The notes under the pieces: generated by a model
The model's input: the letters and a program-made list of their open reading frames with translations, nothing else
Databases searched by the model: none
What the model was told of the DNA's origin: nothing
NCBI GenBank assembly: GCA_013239625.1
Contig: MU053557.1
Location: 1,061,063 to 1,125,062, forward strand
Direction: 5' to 3'
Length of the DNA stretch: 64,000 nt
Source of the DNA: Lama guanicoe
Taxonomy: Eukaryota
Translations under genes and position numbers: made by a program
Shown here: positions 22,900-37,110 of the stretch, in pieces
How the letters are laid out: each line of letters starts with the position of its first letter
How positions within the stretch are numbered: the first letter of the stretch is position 1

Positions 22900-23255
22900 A
22901 GTTACTTGTTCCCCGTTCCTTTTCCCATCTCTAGACCTGAAGAGGCAGGGGGAGGAAATGACATTATCAATGCCCTGTGAGAGCTCGAGTGTGGATGACA
23001 GGCCACCCAAAGGAGCTGAGATCATAAGGAGTTGTGGCCACTGCCATACCACTGCTGGAGCAAAGAACATGGGGGAGGAAATACGCCAGTCCACCCTCTG
23101 ATTTTCTGTCATTTCCTCTCATTGGTCGAACCCAAGTGAAATCCAGAGGGCAAAGGATCCCAGGTGGTTGGACCCATAATGGTCAGCCCCCCAGGGCACA
23201 GAGGAAAGAGAGGAAGGATGGACAATGACCAAATGGTGCAGAGAATTACAATACA
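22900..23255 (-). mobile_element. ERVL LTR33/LTR41-like fragment
   Basis: ctctcattggtcgaacccaagtgaaatccagagggcaaaggatcc...ggtcagccccccagggcacagag. Confidence 0.7.
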
Positions 23256-23529
23256 GTTAGAGACTGCAGGGGTCCGGGATGAGAATTTTGGAGTACCAGA
23301 ATCTTTATCACTTTAAGTGTTATTATATTTCTTGGTTTGAATTGGCTCCCTGACCTTTACTTCCAGACTAGGAAGCTCTCAAAGCCATCTGTATATCCTT
23401 ATCCTTATCACTTAATTCAGGGTTTAAAACATGTAAGGGGCATTAAATACCTTGAGCAGTGAGCAATAACTGACTGAAAATCAGTTTTCCTCTTCACTGT
23501 TTGCCCTTTCCACTTCTTTTGAAAAGTGG

Positions 23530-23760
23530 TAAAGAACTCAGGCTCTGGAGTTAAACAGCTGTATGTTCAACTGCTGGCCCCTGCTTACTAGCTCTGTGAG
23601 CTTGGACACATTTCTTAAATTCTCTAAGCCACAGTTGCTTTGTCTGTAAAATGGAGAAAATAAAAGAACTTGACTCAAAGGTACTTTGAGAATTCTTGTG
23701 AGGGTTAAATGAGATAATTCATGAGAGGTTCCTGCTACATAAGTGCTCAAAATGGTAGCT
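23530..23760 (+). mobile_element. MIR SINE, near full length
   Basis: gtggtaaagaactcaggctctggagttaaacag...cttactagctctgtgagcttggacacatttcttaaattctctaagccacagtt...ctgtaaaatggag. Confidence 0.85.
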
Positions 23761-23764
23761 GCAA

Positions 23765-25010
23765 AGTGCATCAATGATCTAAATTTAAGAGCTAAAACCA
23801 TAGACTATTAGGTGGAGCAAACAAAGGGATAAGTATTCATGAACTTGGATTTGGCAACAAACTTTTATTTATGTCATGGAAAGTATGAAGAACAAAAGAA
23901 TTTTGGAGTACTGGGATCCATAGCATGAGAAATGTGAGAATATTACTTAAAATATTACAGAAAACATATTTAAAATAGTTATATGGGGCCTTATCAAAAT
24001 TAAAAAAAATTCTTTTGCAACAAAGGACATTATCAAAAAAGTAAAAAGACAGCCTACGGAGTGGGAGAAAATATTTGCAAATCATCTATCTGATAAATTT
24101 TTAAGATCCAGATATGTAAAGAACACTTATGAGTTCAACAGCAAAAGGGCAAATGACCCAATTAAAAAATAGACAAAGGACTTGAATAGATATTCCTTCA
24201 GAGAAGATGTGTAAATGGCAAGCAAACACATGAAAAGATGTTCATCATTAATCAAATCAAAATCACAATGAGGTACCACTTTTCATCCACTAGGACAGCT
24301 ATAATAAACACCCCCCCCCAAAAAAAACAAACCAAGAAGGTGAGGATGTAGAGAAATTGAAGCCTTCATACATTGCTAATGGAATTGTACAAGACTCATC
24401 CACTATGGACAGCAGTTTGGTGGATTCTCATAGAATTATCACATAATTCAGCAATTCCCCTCCTGGGTTTATACTCAGGAGAATTAAAAACAGGTGTTCA
24501 GACCAGGTATCTGTACACACATGTTCACAGTAGCAATATTCATAATAGTCAAAAGGTGGAAACAGTTCTGATGTTCATTAATGATGAATGGATAGATAAA
24601 TTGTTGTAAATCCACACAATAGAATTTTATCCAGCCATAAAAAGGAAGGAAATTTTGACACAAGCTACAACATGGATGGACCTTGAAAACATTATGCTAA
24701 ATGAAAAAAGCCAGGCATAAAAGGTCGCATATTGTATGATTTGATTTTTCTGAAATATCCAGAAAAGGTAAATCCAAAAAGACAGAACACAAACTGGAGG
24801 TTGCCAGAGGCTGGAAGGAGTGGGGAATGGGACAGCTACTCAGTGGGCACAGATTTACTTTTGGGGTGATGAAAATATATCACAACTAGATAGAGGTGGT
24901 GGTTGCACACCATTGTGAATGTATTAAATGTCACTGAATTGTTTACTTTAAAATAGTTAATTTTATGCTATGTGAGTTTCACTTCAATTAGAAAATAAAT
25001 AAAAAACAAA
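23765..25010 (+). mobile_element. LINE-1 3' portion (L1MB-like): ORF2 end, 3' UTR, A-tail
   Basis: gggagaaaatatttgcaaatcatctatctgataa; ORF 24373 contains SAIPLLGLYSGELKTG; 3' UTR ttttggggtgatgaaaat...gatagaggtggtggttgcacaccattgtgaatgta. Confidence 0.9.
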
Positions 25011-25594
25011 GGAAGTGGGTGGTGATATAGATGAAAAAATATTGGCTGTGGTTTAATGATAGGTATATGAGGGTTCATATACTATTATCTATGTTGTGTT
25101 GGAAATTTTCCATAAAAATTAAAGCAAAAATAACAAATTATTTTTTGCATCTGATACAGTTTTTATGTATTTTAGCTGACGCATTATAGAACATACTGAA
25201 ATCCCAGAGCTTTTTGTTTTCTATTTTTGACTCAAGTGTACAGCTCGGATAGATTTTGTAAAAGGGATTAACTATACCCATCCTCCAAACAATTTATCTC
25301 ATCTTAACCTGTCCAATAACAAATGATTAAGATACAGTTATCTCCCTCTTGAAAGCTATATTATGCTGTTTTCTTTTGTCCTCACACTTACTGAGAGAAA
25401 GTTCTGCATCTGGGTTTCCCAGTAGTCCTAAACAGAATGAAAATATTTGCAACATTTGTGTTTCTGTATTATGTACCTTTTGAGTGAAGGTTCATAGGTT
25501 CCATCAGATTCTCAAAGGGGCCGGTGGCCCCATAAAAGCATAAATACTACAGCAAACAGAGAAAGGAGAATTACACATAGATGGAGAAGTAAGA

Positions 25595-25960
25595 TACAGT
25601 TGCTAATGACAGAAAACCCATTTAACACGGATTAAGCAACCAAGGAGCATACTTGGCTGATATAACTGACAGACTGAGAGCTAGTTCAGCTTCAGGCATG
25701 GCTTCATCTAGGGGCTCAAACAGCATCATTGGGACCGCCTCTTGGTCACAGTATCAGCTCTGCATCCATTTGCTTTGTTCTCTGCTCAAGCTTCTTTGTG
25801 AGGCTATTAAAACAGTCACACATTCCCTCTTGGTACAGGGGCTGGGGAGATGTCCTCCCATCACAAGGCTTGGAGTGGAGGAAACGTGGATCCTTGAAGA
25901 AAACCTTGTGTGCTAGCAGCTTATTACCAGAATGAAAGGAAATGGGTGCTGTGAGTGCGA
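25595..25960 (-). mobile_element. MaLR LTR, MLT1J/K-like
   Basis: gttgctaatgacagaaaaccca...ttggctgatataactga...gcttcaggcatggcttcatctaggggctcaaac. Confidence 0.7.
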
Positions 25961-26344
25961 CATAACATATGTTAGCTGGGAATGCTAATGTCCAAACTTC
26001 ATATGGGCACGAAAGGAAAGTAGAACCAAATCTTCCAATGCTTTTTGAATTCCTAGGATTTCCTTGTTTAGAAATACTTGTAATTAGGAGCAAAAATGCC
26101 CTCTGAGGGTCAGTGAAATGGAAATTGAGCAGAAGCTGGGGGTGTCCACCAGCAGTGCTAGGGTTGGTGAAGGAGCCAAGAAGAAAGGCAAATTGTTCTC
26201 TTGACCTGACCATCAAAGGGCAACAAACCTGGAGTTAGGGGCTCAGCGACAAATCAGGAGGAGGGAAAGGAAAGAAGGGAGATCGGTATTTAGACACAGG
26301 TGGGAAGAGAGTCACAGGACATACTCTTTCAGTGGACATGATTA

Positions 26345-26530
26345 TAATAATAAAAATACACACCACTTCCTAAGCATTTCCTATGTCCCAGGCACTGCCC
26401 TTGTTTGTATTATCTGCACCATGAACTCCTGTGAGGTGGGCCTTATTAAGTCCATTTAATGTGTGAAGAGGTGGAGTCTCATTATGTTTATGTGACTTGC
26501 CCCTGGCCACAGTGTGTGATTACTAAGTGC
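26345..26530 (-). mobile_element. MIR SINE
   Basis: ctatgtcccaggcactg...cctgtgaggtgggccttattaagtccatt...gtgacttgcccctggccacag. Confidence 0.7.
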
Positions 26531-27414
26531 ACTCCCCTTGCCATTTGTATTGCAGAATGGCTCCTTGAGACCAAACAGTGTGCTGTACTGACTGCAAGTT
26601 AAGACTCTGAGCGCTGCCTTTACAAAACATGGAAGAGTATTGCACATACTAGAAGTGAACATTTGTGGTGACTAGTGCTGAGCTAAGAGTTTCATGAACA
26701 CTATTTAATTTTAACTTTGCATGAACTCTATCCCCTTACAGCCAACATGGAAACTGAAAAGTGCAACTTCCTGATGTCACACAGGGAACCCAGGGAATCT
26801 GATCTGAGAACTATGCTGGTTGTCGCTGTCTTGATCTCAGTATCATTAGAAACAAAATTTTTGGATAGTATTCATCTCAGTGAAATTTTAGGGCCCAAAT
26901 TTATCTTTGCCCCTAAGGAGATCTTTGTACCGTGATCTCTCTCAGTCAAGCATATATATTATCAGGAATCAGAGTCTGGGGGAAGAAATATAAAATATTT
27001 TTAACTTGCAGAAAAAAAAACTAGAGTTGTTCTGGTTCTTATTTTGCCCTGAAGTTTTTGCTGGTTTTTCTTTATTAGATTTCTCTCCTGATGCGAAAAG
27101 TTTCATGTTTTCCAACTTGTTTTTCTCTTCCTGGAGATGATTTTGATACTAGTATGTGATCTGATTTCATTAGCTGGATTCTTCCTGGCTTGTTGATGTG
27201 TGCTCCGTCTAAAGCCTCAGAGATATGCTTCAGAAATCAACTGCTTGATTCTCACATGCCAGGGAAGAGAAGGTCAATCTCCATTCCGTGGGGGTGACAA
27301 AAACTGTACTGTGCCCCAAGCACCTTCTTTTTGTCCCTTAACAAGATAGAAAGGTAGTACAGGAGACCATTGTGTATGAGTACAACGTGATAGTATTAAT
27401 ACTAATAATATTAA

Positions 27415-28400
27415 GTACTCATTCAACAGTTCTTTACTGAGCACATCTTATATTCTAGGCTTTTGGAAGGCGTCATTAAACAACCTTCAGAGAGCTTCTA
27501 GCAGGGGGAGATGGACAACAAACAATAAACATAACAAATAAATAAGCAAAATAGTATATTGCTTAATGATAAGGCTATTAAAAAGGGGTAAAAACAAGTT
27601 AAGCAGGAATATATGGGCTAGAAGATGGTCACAGTTGTTAACCGGTATGGTCAGTGCCAGAGAAGGTGATATATGAATAAAGACTTGAAAGAGTGATGAT
27701 GAGGAGTTGTAAGCGTAAAGCTAGGGGAAGAACATTCCATGCAGAAGGACAGCGGGTGCAAAGGCCCTGAGGTAGAAGCATACCACGCAAGTTCTTGCAT
27801 CAGCAAAGAGGCTTTCTGTTCCTTTCATCAGAATGAGATGAGAGACACAATAGGGAGTTAGATCACACAGGGTGTGTAAGAATGTGGGCTTTTATTTTGA
27901 TTGAAATAGGATTTTAAACAGAGGAGACTTAGTGTATCTTTTATTTTAAAAGAATCACTCTGAGATTAGATGACAAAATTGCAAAGATGTTAGCAGGAAA
28001 ATCTATTAGTAGATTATTATCGAAATCCAAGAGATGGCTCAGACTAGGTGACAGCAATGAAGATGGTAAAAGAGGTCAAGTTCTGGGAAGATCCTCATGT
28101 TTCCTGACAGATCTGATGTGAAGTGTGATGGACAGAGTGGTTATCCAATGAGATGGGGAGGTTACGGGTGGAGCAGGTTTGGGAGGAAGAGCTGGAATTC
28201 TCTAAATGCATTCATTTATTCATCCATCTATTCATTTTCTATCCAGTCGTTCAGTAACTGTTGAGTGCTTATTATGAGCCAGGCATTCTCTCACTAATTT
28301 TCAGAAGTATTACAGATGAGGAAACAGAGGCTCAGAGGGTTTAGGCCATTGGCCAAAATTTATTCTGCTAGTAAACAGAAGCACGGCAGGTCCTGTTTTG
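27415..28400 (-). mobile_element. L2 LINE (~27415-28200) followed by an L2 tail and a MIR fragment
   Basis: cattcaacagttctttactgagcac, ggggaagaacattccatgcagaaggacagcgggtgcaaaggccctgagg, ttttaaaagaatcactctg; ttacagatgaggaaacagaggctcagagg (MIR). Confidence 0.82.
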
Positions 28401-30124
28401 GAGTCTTTGTGTTTTTACCTTCCAAGCCAATTCCATGTGGCTGGACTGCCCTGACAGAATCAGAGGAAAATGAGAAAATGATACTGTTTTACTTACATGT
28501 TGTTACATATCAGATCATACGTTTTTGCAAGTCGAACATTTCTTTTCTGCCATGTCCTACTTTACCTTTCTATGAGATGCTAGGAAGTCTCCCTTCCCCA
28601 TTACTTTTTAAGGCCTTATAATATCCTATTCCTCACTTGGGTCAAAAATGATTCTGCTTTTTGGTGTTCTGCTTTTTGGAAGAGGTGGCAGAGGTATACT
28701 TGAAGCTTCTAAATATTGAGCACTTACTGTGTACCAAGCACTGTATCTAGATATTTGGCAGTAATTTAAATTTCATGACATGGTTAGGATATAATGACAG
28801 TCATTTCTTCATTAAGGATGTAAAACAGCAGTGAGAAACCCGGATATATAATTAAGGTAAAGATTTTCCATGAATATTTTTGGCAAAAAAAAAGCAAAAC
28901 GAAAAGAGACACAAACTCAGGAGTTTCAGTAGCTGGAACTGCTTCCCTTTCGATATGACAGATCAAAAGACGGTTTTAACATCTCTGTGGGATGCTCTTC
29001 TGGGCCTCAGGTCCTCGTGCTCTCCCTGGCTCCCAGAGAGGAATGTAGTTCCCTGGATGCTCTCCCCTGTGCGGCATTAGTGCTCCTCTTATTCTTGATT
29101 GGCTCTGTTGGAGGTGAAAAGGACACTTCTAGCCATGTTGGAGAAAAATAAAATCTTTTCTACCCATTCCTTGTATTTTAAACTTTAAGAATCTATGTAA
29201 TTTTTTTTTCCTGTACAAAGCCTCCAGCTGTGATTTGGAGGCTATTCTTTTTTTTTTTAATGTTTCCATAAAGATGCCCTTTTAACAGTGTGCATGTTTC
29301 ATGGACTTAATTTCTATTACATGTGAAGAAAGCACCTCCTCCATCCATCCAGGATGGTGCGTTCGTTCCCCTAGGTACAATTTTGAATTTAATAAAAAGG
29401 ATACAGCTCGTAGCTTTGAGGAAAGAAAGATGTGCTCACAGCATGATCCTACTTCTACCACCATTTCCAGTGCCAAACGAAGAGGAAGCATAAGGAGGTG
29501 TGGAATGAGAGGTGACGGAGGGTGGAAAATCAGTCACTAACATGAGGCAGGTAGAACCCATGAAGACGCAGGTCTCATCAGAAAACAATAGTAGTAATCA
29601 TAGAGTGTTGGCACAGCCCAGAGTCATGAAGAAGATGTTGAGATGATCAGAAGAATGGCAGGGTGGTCTGAATCCTAACTGCATGCTGTTCTCACTCAGA
29701 GTTGGGTGCAGAAGCAGAGGCTGAGTCTCAGCACATGGATGTCTTCCATCAATACGGGGGCAGTTACGCCATGGCAGCAATGATGGTGTTCCCGTCTTCC
29801 CAGAGTCCCTCAAAGGACATTTGGTCCTTGCTCTTGCAGAACACCTCTAGACGTCTTCAGTTGCTCTAGATGACTTGATTTGGCACCGGGAGAAAACCTC
29901 GTTATTTTATACCACACCGGTTCTGAATGAGCGTTCAAAGGAATAGAAGTCAGTCTGAAATTTACTTTTACACAATCTTCTAAGAAATAAATTGATGGCT
30001 GAGAAACTATCTAATCCACCTTAGGGTTTTAAGGACTTGAAACTCTTTAAATGTTTTTGTTTTTAATGCTAAAAAGTTAACACTGTAATATTCATCCTCT
30101 GCTTTCTAATTATTAAAATAGGCG

Positions 30125-30622
30125 AATTTGTATTTTTATGACCACTGTAACAAGTTACTACAAACGTAGTGGGTTAAAATGACAGGGATCTGTTTACAGC
30201 TCTATAGGTCGGAATTCTGAGGTGCATCACACCGGGCTAAAATCAAGGTGTACGTGGGGGATCTGATCCTACCTGGAGGCTCTAGGGAGGAATCTGTTCT
30301 CTTCCCTTTCCAGCTCCGGGAGGCTGGCTGCCACATTCCTTAGCTCATGCCCTTTCCCATTTTCAAAGTCAGCAGTGTCCAGTGAGGTTTTCCCCTTGTC
30401 CCATCATCCTAACACTGATACTGTAGCTTCCCTCTTCCATATTTAAGGACCCTGATGGGCTGTTAATCCAGATCCAGAATAACCCCCTCTATTTCAAGTC
30501 AGAATAGCAATCTCAATTCCATCTACAACTTTAATCCCTCCTTGCCATATAACACAACATGTTCATAGGCTCTGGGGATGAAGACATGGACATCTTTGGA
30601 GGTCTTCCTTCTACTTACCACA
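30125..30622 (-). mobile_element. MaLR solo LTR, MLT1D-like
   Basis: caccgggctaaaatcaaggtg, ctggaggctctagggaggaatctgtt, tccatctacaactttaatccctccttgccatataac, ggacatctttgga...taccaca. Confidence 0.88.
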
Positions 30623-31054
30623 GTAGATCCTTCTGGAGGAACTTTATTACATAGCAGTGAATTAGTCCAGACCTTAGAAACAATATGTTTGTTACCCCCG
30701 TGCCTTGTCCTCTGCTTATAACATAGGCATTACTAATTGCTCACAGCATTCTCTTTCGCTAAGGCCCAGTGTGGTCTCAGAATCCTTTTTAATGAAAAGC
30801 TCCAAGCATTCCTCTAACAACTGATAGGGGTCATCACATGAGATGAACCATTTTGCCATTCTTGTCCCAAATCATTTTACTTCCTCTTAATGAGATCTAA
30901 TTTCTTAAAACAGTTATAAAGTACATTTTCTGACACTAGTTTAGGCTAACAATTTCCTAACGTATCCTAGTCAATACAGTTTACTTAAATCCGAGTCCCA
31001 GAATTATATTTATTCATGCTCACTCTATGCAGATCCCTATATTAGATAAGAAAG

Positions 31055-33290
31055 TTAAACTGGCAATACCAAACACGGGTGAAGATAGATACAGAGCTAT
31101 AGGAATTCTCATTTATTGCTGGTTGGAATGCAAAATGGTGCAGCCACTTTGAAAGATAGTTTGCAAGGTTCTTGTAAACGTACTTATCAGGTATTTCAGC
31201 GGCCACATGCCTAAATACTCACTCATTTGAACTGTGAACTTTTGTTCATGTAGATAATAGATGTGTATGTTTATAGGAGCCTTATTCATAATTACCCCCA
31301 ACTGGAAGCAACCAAAATGTCCTTCAATAGGTGGATGGATATGTATCCATACAGCACAATTCTATTTAGCAATAAGAAGGAATGAGCTACTGATTGCACA
31401 CAACATAGATGAGTCTTCAGTGCATTTTGCTAAGTGAAAGGACCACAATGGACTCATACCAAATGAGTCCAATTTATATGACATTCTAGAAAAGGAAAGT
31501 GATGAGAACAGAAAATAGATCTGTGATTGCTAAGGGTTGAGGGAGGGGAAAGTCATTGAGTGCTAAAGGTAAACAAAGAAGAATTTTTTAGGGTGATGGA
31601 TCCATTCTGTATAGTATGCTGTATACATGACTATGATCTCGTCAAAAATCCACTGAAATGTACATCCCAGAGAGTAGATTTAAACATATACAAATTAAAT
31701 TAAAAACCAGCCCAGAGGCTGAAGAAAATCTAGGGATGAAATGTCGACTGTGACAGAAAAATAACCTGTATTGCATATGTATGACATGACTTCACGGAAA
31801 GGGATGAGAAAATAAGAGCTGAGTTAGGTAACTTTGGAAAGTAGATTTTTAGCAAGAAACTGTAAGACTAAAGACAATGAACTGAACTCAAACACTGTAC
31901 TCCAGCTGGTAAAGTTGTTTATCATGGGGATACAGGTTAAACAATTCTGAGAACACCTTACTTGTATACTGAGGTCAAAGAATAATTGAATATGGATGAT
32001 GATGAGAGATAGACTGCTCATTATTGGAGAGCGAAGTTACAGACAGCTAAGCAAGGTGGGAGGATTAGAAGGAATTATATGGTGCTGAATTAGAGTAGGA
32101 GATAGTAGTATTAACATGTGTTTAATTTATCATAATACAGATGGAGAGAACCAGGAGCAATTATAGATATGTGTGTATACATGAGTTGGTATGCATACAT
32201 AAATTCCTTAGTCCTGTCCACCAAGAAAGCCAGAAAGTAGTGACATTCCAAGCAATAGTGAGGACACCCAGTGCCCAGATCTTGGTTTCTAGACTCCATT
32301 CTCCAATAAAAGATGCCTGGGTTTCTTGGAGAAATTGCTGGTTCTAGGGCTAAAGAAAAGAAAATACAAGATGAACCTGTTGCTTCTTGTAGTGCTGAAA
32401 TGTAAGAATGTGCTCAAAAATCAGAAGAATGGAGTCTTGTTGAAGATACACAAGAGCAAATCTGAAAATAATCCTAGTGGCCAAGCCTGAAACAATTTAG
32501 TAACAAAAGGAACAATGTAACACAGAATACTCACACATAATAAAAATAAAACATGATCGAACAAATAAATAAATGGAGAAGACATACATTTTCCGTACAG
32601 AAGAATTCCAAGTAATTTATGCACACACTTCCCCCTCCCCTTCCTCCTCCATGCCCTTGAACCATGGGCTGGACTCGGTGACTTGCTTCTGATGAATACA
32701 GTATGGAATGGATAAACAACAGTGGAAAAGCCTGGCAATGCTGTCTTGGCCAGGTGAACAGAGTGAACAAAGGAAATATCATTGGTGATAAGTCACGTTG
32801 ATGGCCTGTACTCCAGATATGATGTGATGAGAAGGGCACTTTGCATATGATATTCTTCCAAAACACCCCCAATCCCTGGCTAATCCTGAGAAAAACAACA
32901 AACCAACCCACAGTGAGGGACATTCTACAAAATATTTACAAGTACTCTTCAAAAATGCCAAGGTTATCAAAAACAAGACAGAGAAACTGTCACAAAACAG
33001 AGGAATCTAAGGAGACGTGTGCCTGAGCACAATTTGGCTTCCTGTTATGGATCCTGAAACTATAAAATAAAGGACAGCAGTGTAAAAAAGTAATGAAATC
33101 CAAATAAAGATTTGAGTTTAGTTAATAATAATTTGCCTTTTTTTCTTAACTTCTCAATTTTGATAGATGTACCATGGTTACATAAGATGTCAGCAATAGG
33201 GGCAGCCGAGTAAGGAGTAAATATGAATTCTTTGCACTATCTTTGCAACTTTCCTGTAAATTTGAAATTATTCAAAACAAGCAAAAAGAT
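31055..33290 (+). mobile_element. LINE-1 3' end with long 3' UTR (L1MD/L1MC-like)
   Basis: ttgctggttggaatgcaaaatggtgcagccactttgaaagatag, ggacacccagtgcccagatcttggtttctag, gtgataagtcacgttgat, ctatctttgcaactttcctgtaaatttgaaattattc. Confidence 0.88.
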
Positions 33291-33329
33291 TCTGACTTGG
33301 CACATTGTTAGAAAATATTTTGACCGTAT

Positions 33330-34960
33330 AATGTCACTCTACTTATAAACTCTATTCCATCTATGAATTTGTCTATCTTTAGGCCAGTTCGACACTGTTT
33401 TTGTTACTGTAGCTTTGTAGTAAGTCATTAAATAAATGAATGTAAGTTCTCTATCTGTTTCTTTTTTTCAGTGTTTTAGCTCATCTAGATCCTTTGCATT
33501 CTCATATATATTTTAGCATCAGCCTGCCAATTTCCTCTTCAGAGGTCTGCTGGAATGCAGATACTAACTGTATATAAGGTCAATTCAGAAAGAATAGGTA
33601 TATTAATAATATTGAGTCTTCTAATTCAGGAATATGATATTTGTCTTTATTTAGGTCTTAATTTTTTGCAAGAATTTTCAATCATTTTTACAAGTCTTAC
33701 ACATTTCTTGCCGTATTTATTTCTAAGTATTTTACGTTTTAGGTGCTGTGGCAAGTGGTAATTTTTGAGTTTCAAATTATTTTTTGGTAATTTATAGAAA
33801 TGCATATGATTTTTGTATATTGGCCGTGTAGCTCCTATTTTGTTAAACTTATTTATCAGTGTTATTTTTTCTTTTGAATTCCATTCAGTTTTTCTACATA
33901 TTCAATCATGTCATCTTCAAACAGACATTTTTACTTCTTTCTAACCTATGGACTTAATTGCACTGGGCAAGACCATCTCTATAATATGTATAGAAATCAT
34001 TAGAACAGTCATTCTTACCATGTTCCTATCTTGGAAGTGTTCAATATTTTAATACTATATATGGTGCTAGATTTCAGGATTTCTTAGATGCCCTCATTCA
34101 GGTGAGCAAGTTTCCTTTGATTTTTAATTTACTGAGAATTTTTATAATAGATGGATGCTTAATTTTGTCAATTTTTTGCATGTATTCATACAATCACATG
34201 ATTTTTATCTTTTTTTTAATTGTGGTCAAATACATTGATTTTCAAATGTCGAATTAAACTCGCATTCTTGGGATAAATATCATTTAATTATTTTGAATTT
34301 GATTTGCTGACATTTAAGTATTTTTTTTTCCTCTTGCTGCTTTTATGGTTGGCTCATTGTCTCTGGTTCCCGTCAGTTGACCGTAAGTTTGTGTGTGAGA
34401 TTCTTTGCATTTATTCTGCTTCATTCTCACTGAGCTTCTCACATCTGTAGGTTGGTGGTGTCTTTTGTCCATTTTAGAAACTCCTCGGCCATTATCTGTG
34501 TAAACATTTTTCTGCCCCTTTCTCTCTCTTCTTCTGGAACTCTAAATATGTTAGACCCACTGATACCCTCCCATGAACATCTGATTTTAACCCCTTTCCC
34601 CATTTTTTGCTGTTTCCATTTGGATACTTTCTATTAACCAGAGTTCAAGTTCTTTTTTTTTTTTTCTTCTGCTGTGTCTAGCCTCCTATTAGGCCTACCA
34701 CATGAATTATCCGTTTCTAATATCAAGTTTCTCACTTGCAGTATTTATTATTCATATTTTTAAGTTTCCATCTTTCTCTTCTTCATGAAGGAATTGTTAC
34801 TCTCTGAAATTTAGGGTTTTTTAGATTTCTTTGTATCCTGAACTCTCTGATGGATTTTTCCCCCCATCTGTGATTTTATAGCTTCTTGGGTTCATTTGGA
34901 TTGTTAAGAATGAGGATGAAAATCACTTGTCATTTTTTTAACTATCTAACTGTAGTGGAA
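33330..34960 (-). mobile_element. Old LINE-1 fragments (ORF2, then ORF1-region-like)
   Basis: tgttactgtagctttgtagtaagtc, aatattgagtcttctaattcaggaatatg, gatggatgcttaattttgtcaa; cactgagcttctcacatctgtaggttgg. Confidence 0.75.
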
Positions 34961-35621
34961 ATTTGTATATTGTTTTCATGGAAGGTTTTGTGGAAATAGT
35001 GCTCTTTGCCTCTGTGGGCTGCTTATATAAACGATGGAATTGTTTTAAGTATACAATAATAGCAAGGAATTGGGAAACTTTTCCCAAGAGATGATCTGGG
35101 CATAGAGTGCAAATAATATATCACAAATAAATTGTATCTGTACCTGACCCTCATGTGAGGTGTATCAGCAGAGATTTTAGAGGTAGTGGGTCCTGGTGTG
35201 GGACTTCCCTAAATTCAACAAAATTCTCTTCCCTCATCTAAGGAGAGACATGTATCTCTGACTTTACATGAGTAGAAGGCTAACTCTAACTATGCTTGTA
35301 ACGTAATGTGTGGCTTCAGATATTCCTTCCCTTCCTGTGATTGAAGAAACACTTGCTAACCAGGGAGATGTAATTAATTTATAACATCCAGTGTGTTTGT
35401 GATTATAGTAGTCGAATGGTGAATCAGCTGTCAGGGCCAATAGCAACATGTATGCATGATAACTTTGGAAAAGCACTGAGAAAGGAACACAATTCTTTAT
35501 CCTTTAACTCTGTGCATATGTTCATAAACTCATGAGATAGATGCCATTATAATAATAGTTACTATTTATATTTCTACAAAATGAAAACTGGACCTTTTGA
35601 ATGTTTGAATCGTGCATAGTA

Positions 35622-36110
35622 GTGAGCATCTCTTCTATTTTCCTGTCTGGCTTCAGCTCACTCCTGTTTCCTTAGAGTCATAACAGCATCCTGACATTCC
35701 CTGGGGGAATGAAACCCCCAGCATTCTCTGCTGGTGTGCTTTAGGGGAAGAGGACTCCATCCTGTCCTCAGTGTTACGTATGACCCAGGCCTGGCCAGTC
35801 AGCTTTACAACAACAAGGGCCAGTGTGATTTGTTCATGGTGGGCATGTGATTCAATTTTAGGGATGTTTTCAAGCTGTTAGAAAGAATCTTTTTCTTCTG
35901 GGACTACTAGCAGTAAAGATGATGTACAGAAAAGAAGGCCAAACAAAGAGACAGAGACCAGTTGCTGATTACTTGCTTCGAGCTCTTGGATCCAGCCATG
36001 CCTAAAGTCCTTTTATCCCTCAACTTTTTCTTCTAAGTGTGCCATTATTTCTGCATAAGCTGTTTGAATCAGGTGTCCCTCCCTCCCTTGCATACAAGAT
36101 TGTTTTGGCT
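35622..36110 (+). mobile_element. MaLR LTR, MLT1K-like
   Basis: tgacccaggcctggccagtcag, gatttgttcatggtgggcatgtga, gagctcttggatccagccatgcctaaag. Confidence 0.75.
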
Positions 36111-36869
36111 GATAGATAAATTCAGTGCAAGAAGTTAGTGAGAATTGAAATTTGAAGTCAGGTTATCAATTTAAGGTGACTATATATTTGAAGCTGTGCA
36201 TGTCCAGCTTTCTTACTAAAGCATCTTGGCTGCAATTTTAACCAGTGTTTGAGTAAGAAAATTATCTTGCTCAACTTGCCTGGGTTAAGAGGAGCACTAA
36301 ATGTTAAGAAATATATTTGTTTAGTTCTCTGTTTCCTTGGGTTGACTCTAGATTGAGATTAACTGCAGCTTTAGGCTAATTTGTTGCCTAATATTCTTGT
36401 GTAGAACTGTAAGTGTCATAGTAGATTTAACTTGGAGAAGCAGAGTGCTGTCTTCCTGCAAGCCTAGAGTTACATGAACCGTGCAAATGAACATTCATGT
36501 AAGAATGCCATGTTTGTCTTCCTCATTGCTGTTTCCCTGCAGGTTAACTCTAGCTAATCTATGAATTAGTGATAGGAAGCTAGCAGATTTGCAAGCTAAT
36601 TTACACATAAGGAAATCATGTTTAAAGTGACATGAGCTCACTCAGTTTCTTGCTGTGGAGCTTGGCACACAGCTGTTCCATTCCTTTTGGCCATATATCC
36701 CCTGCTGTGCTTTGAAATGGGAAAGGGCATTAGGGTCTGCTTAGGAACAAGATATGCATCATGGGGAAGGAAGTCAAGGCAGAAAGTGGCTTTTTTTTCC
36801 AATGCCACTGAAATCCTAATAGGCTGTATTACTGATTGTAGAAGGGATTAAGCAGTCAAGCACTGAGTA

Positions 36870-37110
36870 GTAATAATGACAATTCCTCTCCATTACTGAG
36901 CGCTGACTTTGTCTCAGGCCCTGTGGTAGATGCTTTCTGTATATGATTACATTTTCTCCTCTCTGCCAATAAAGTTACGATCCTTATTATATGGATAGGA
37001 AATAACGGCTCGTGGACCTTCTGTAACTAGTCTAAGTTTCATACATTTACCAATAGCAGGGTCATAATTCCAATTTAGGCTCAGTTTTTTTAATTACAAT
37101 GTGTGCTGCC
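36870..37110 (-). mobile_element. MIR SINE
   Basis: ttactgagcgctgactttgtctcaggccctgtggtagatgcttt...atggataggaaataacggctc. Confidence 0.65.

Noticed and set aside
25746..26216. Longest ORF (156 aa, minus strand)
   Set aside because: Partly overlaps an MLT1 relic; no recognisable homology or supporting splice/promoter context
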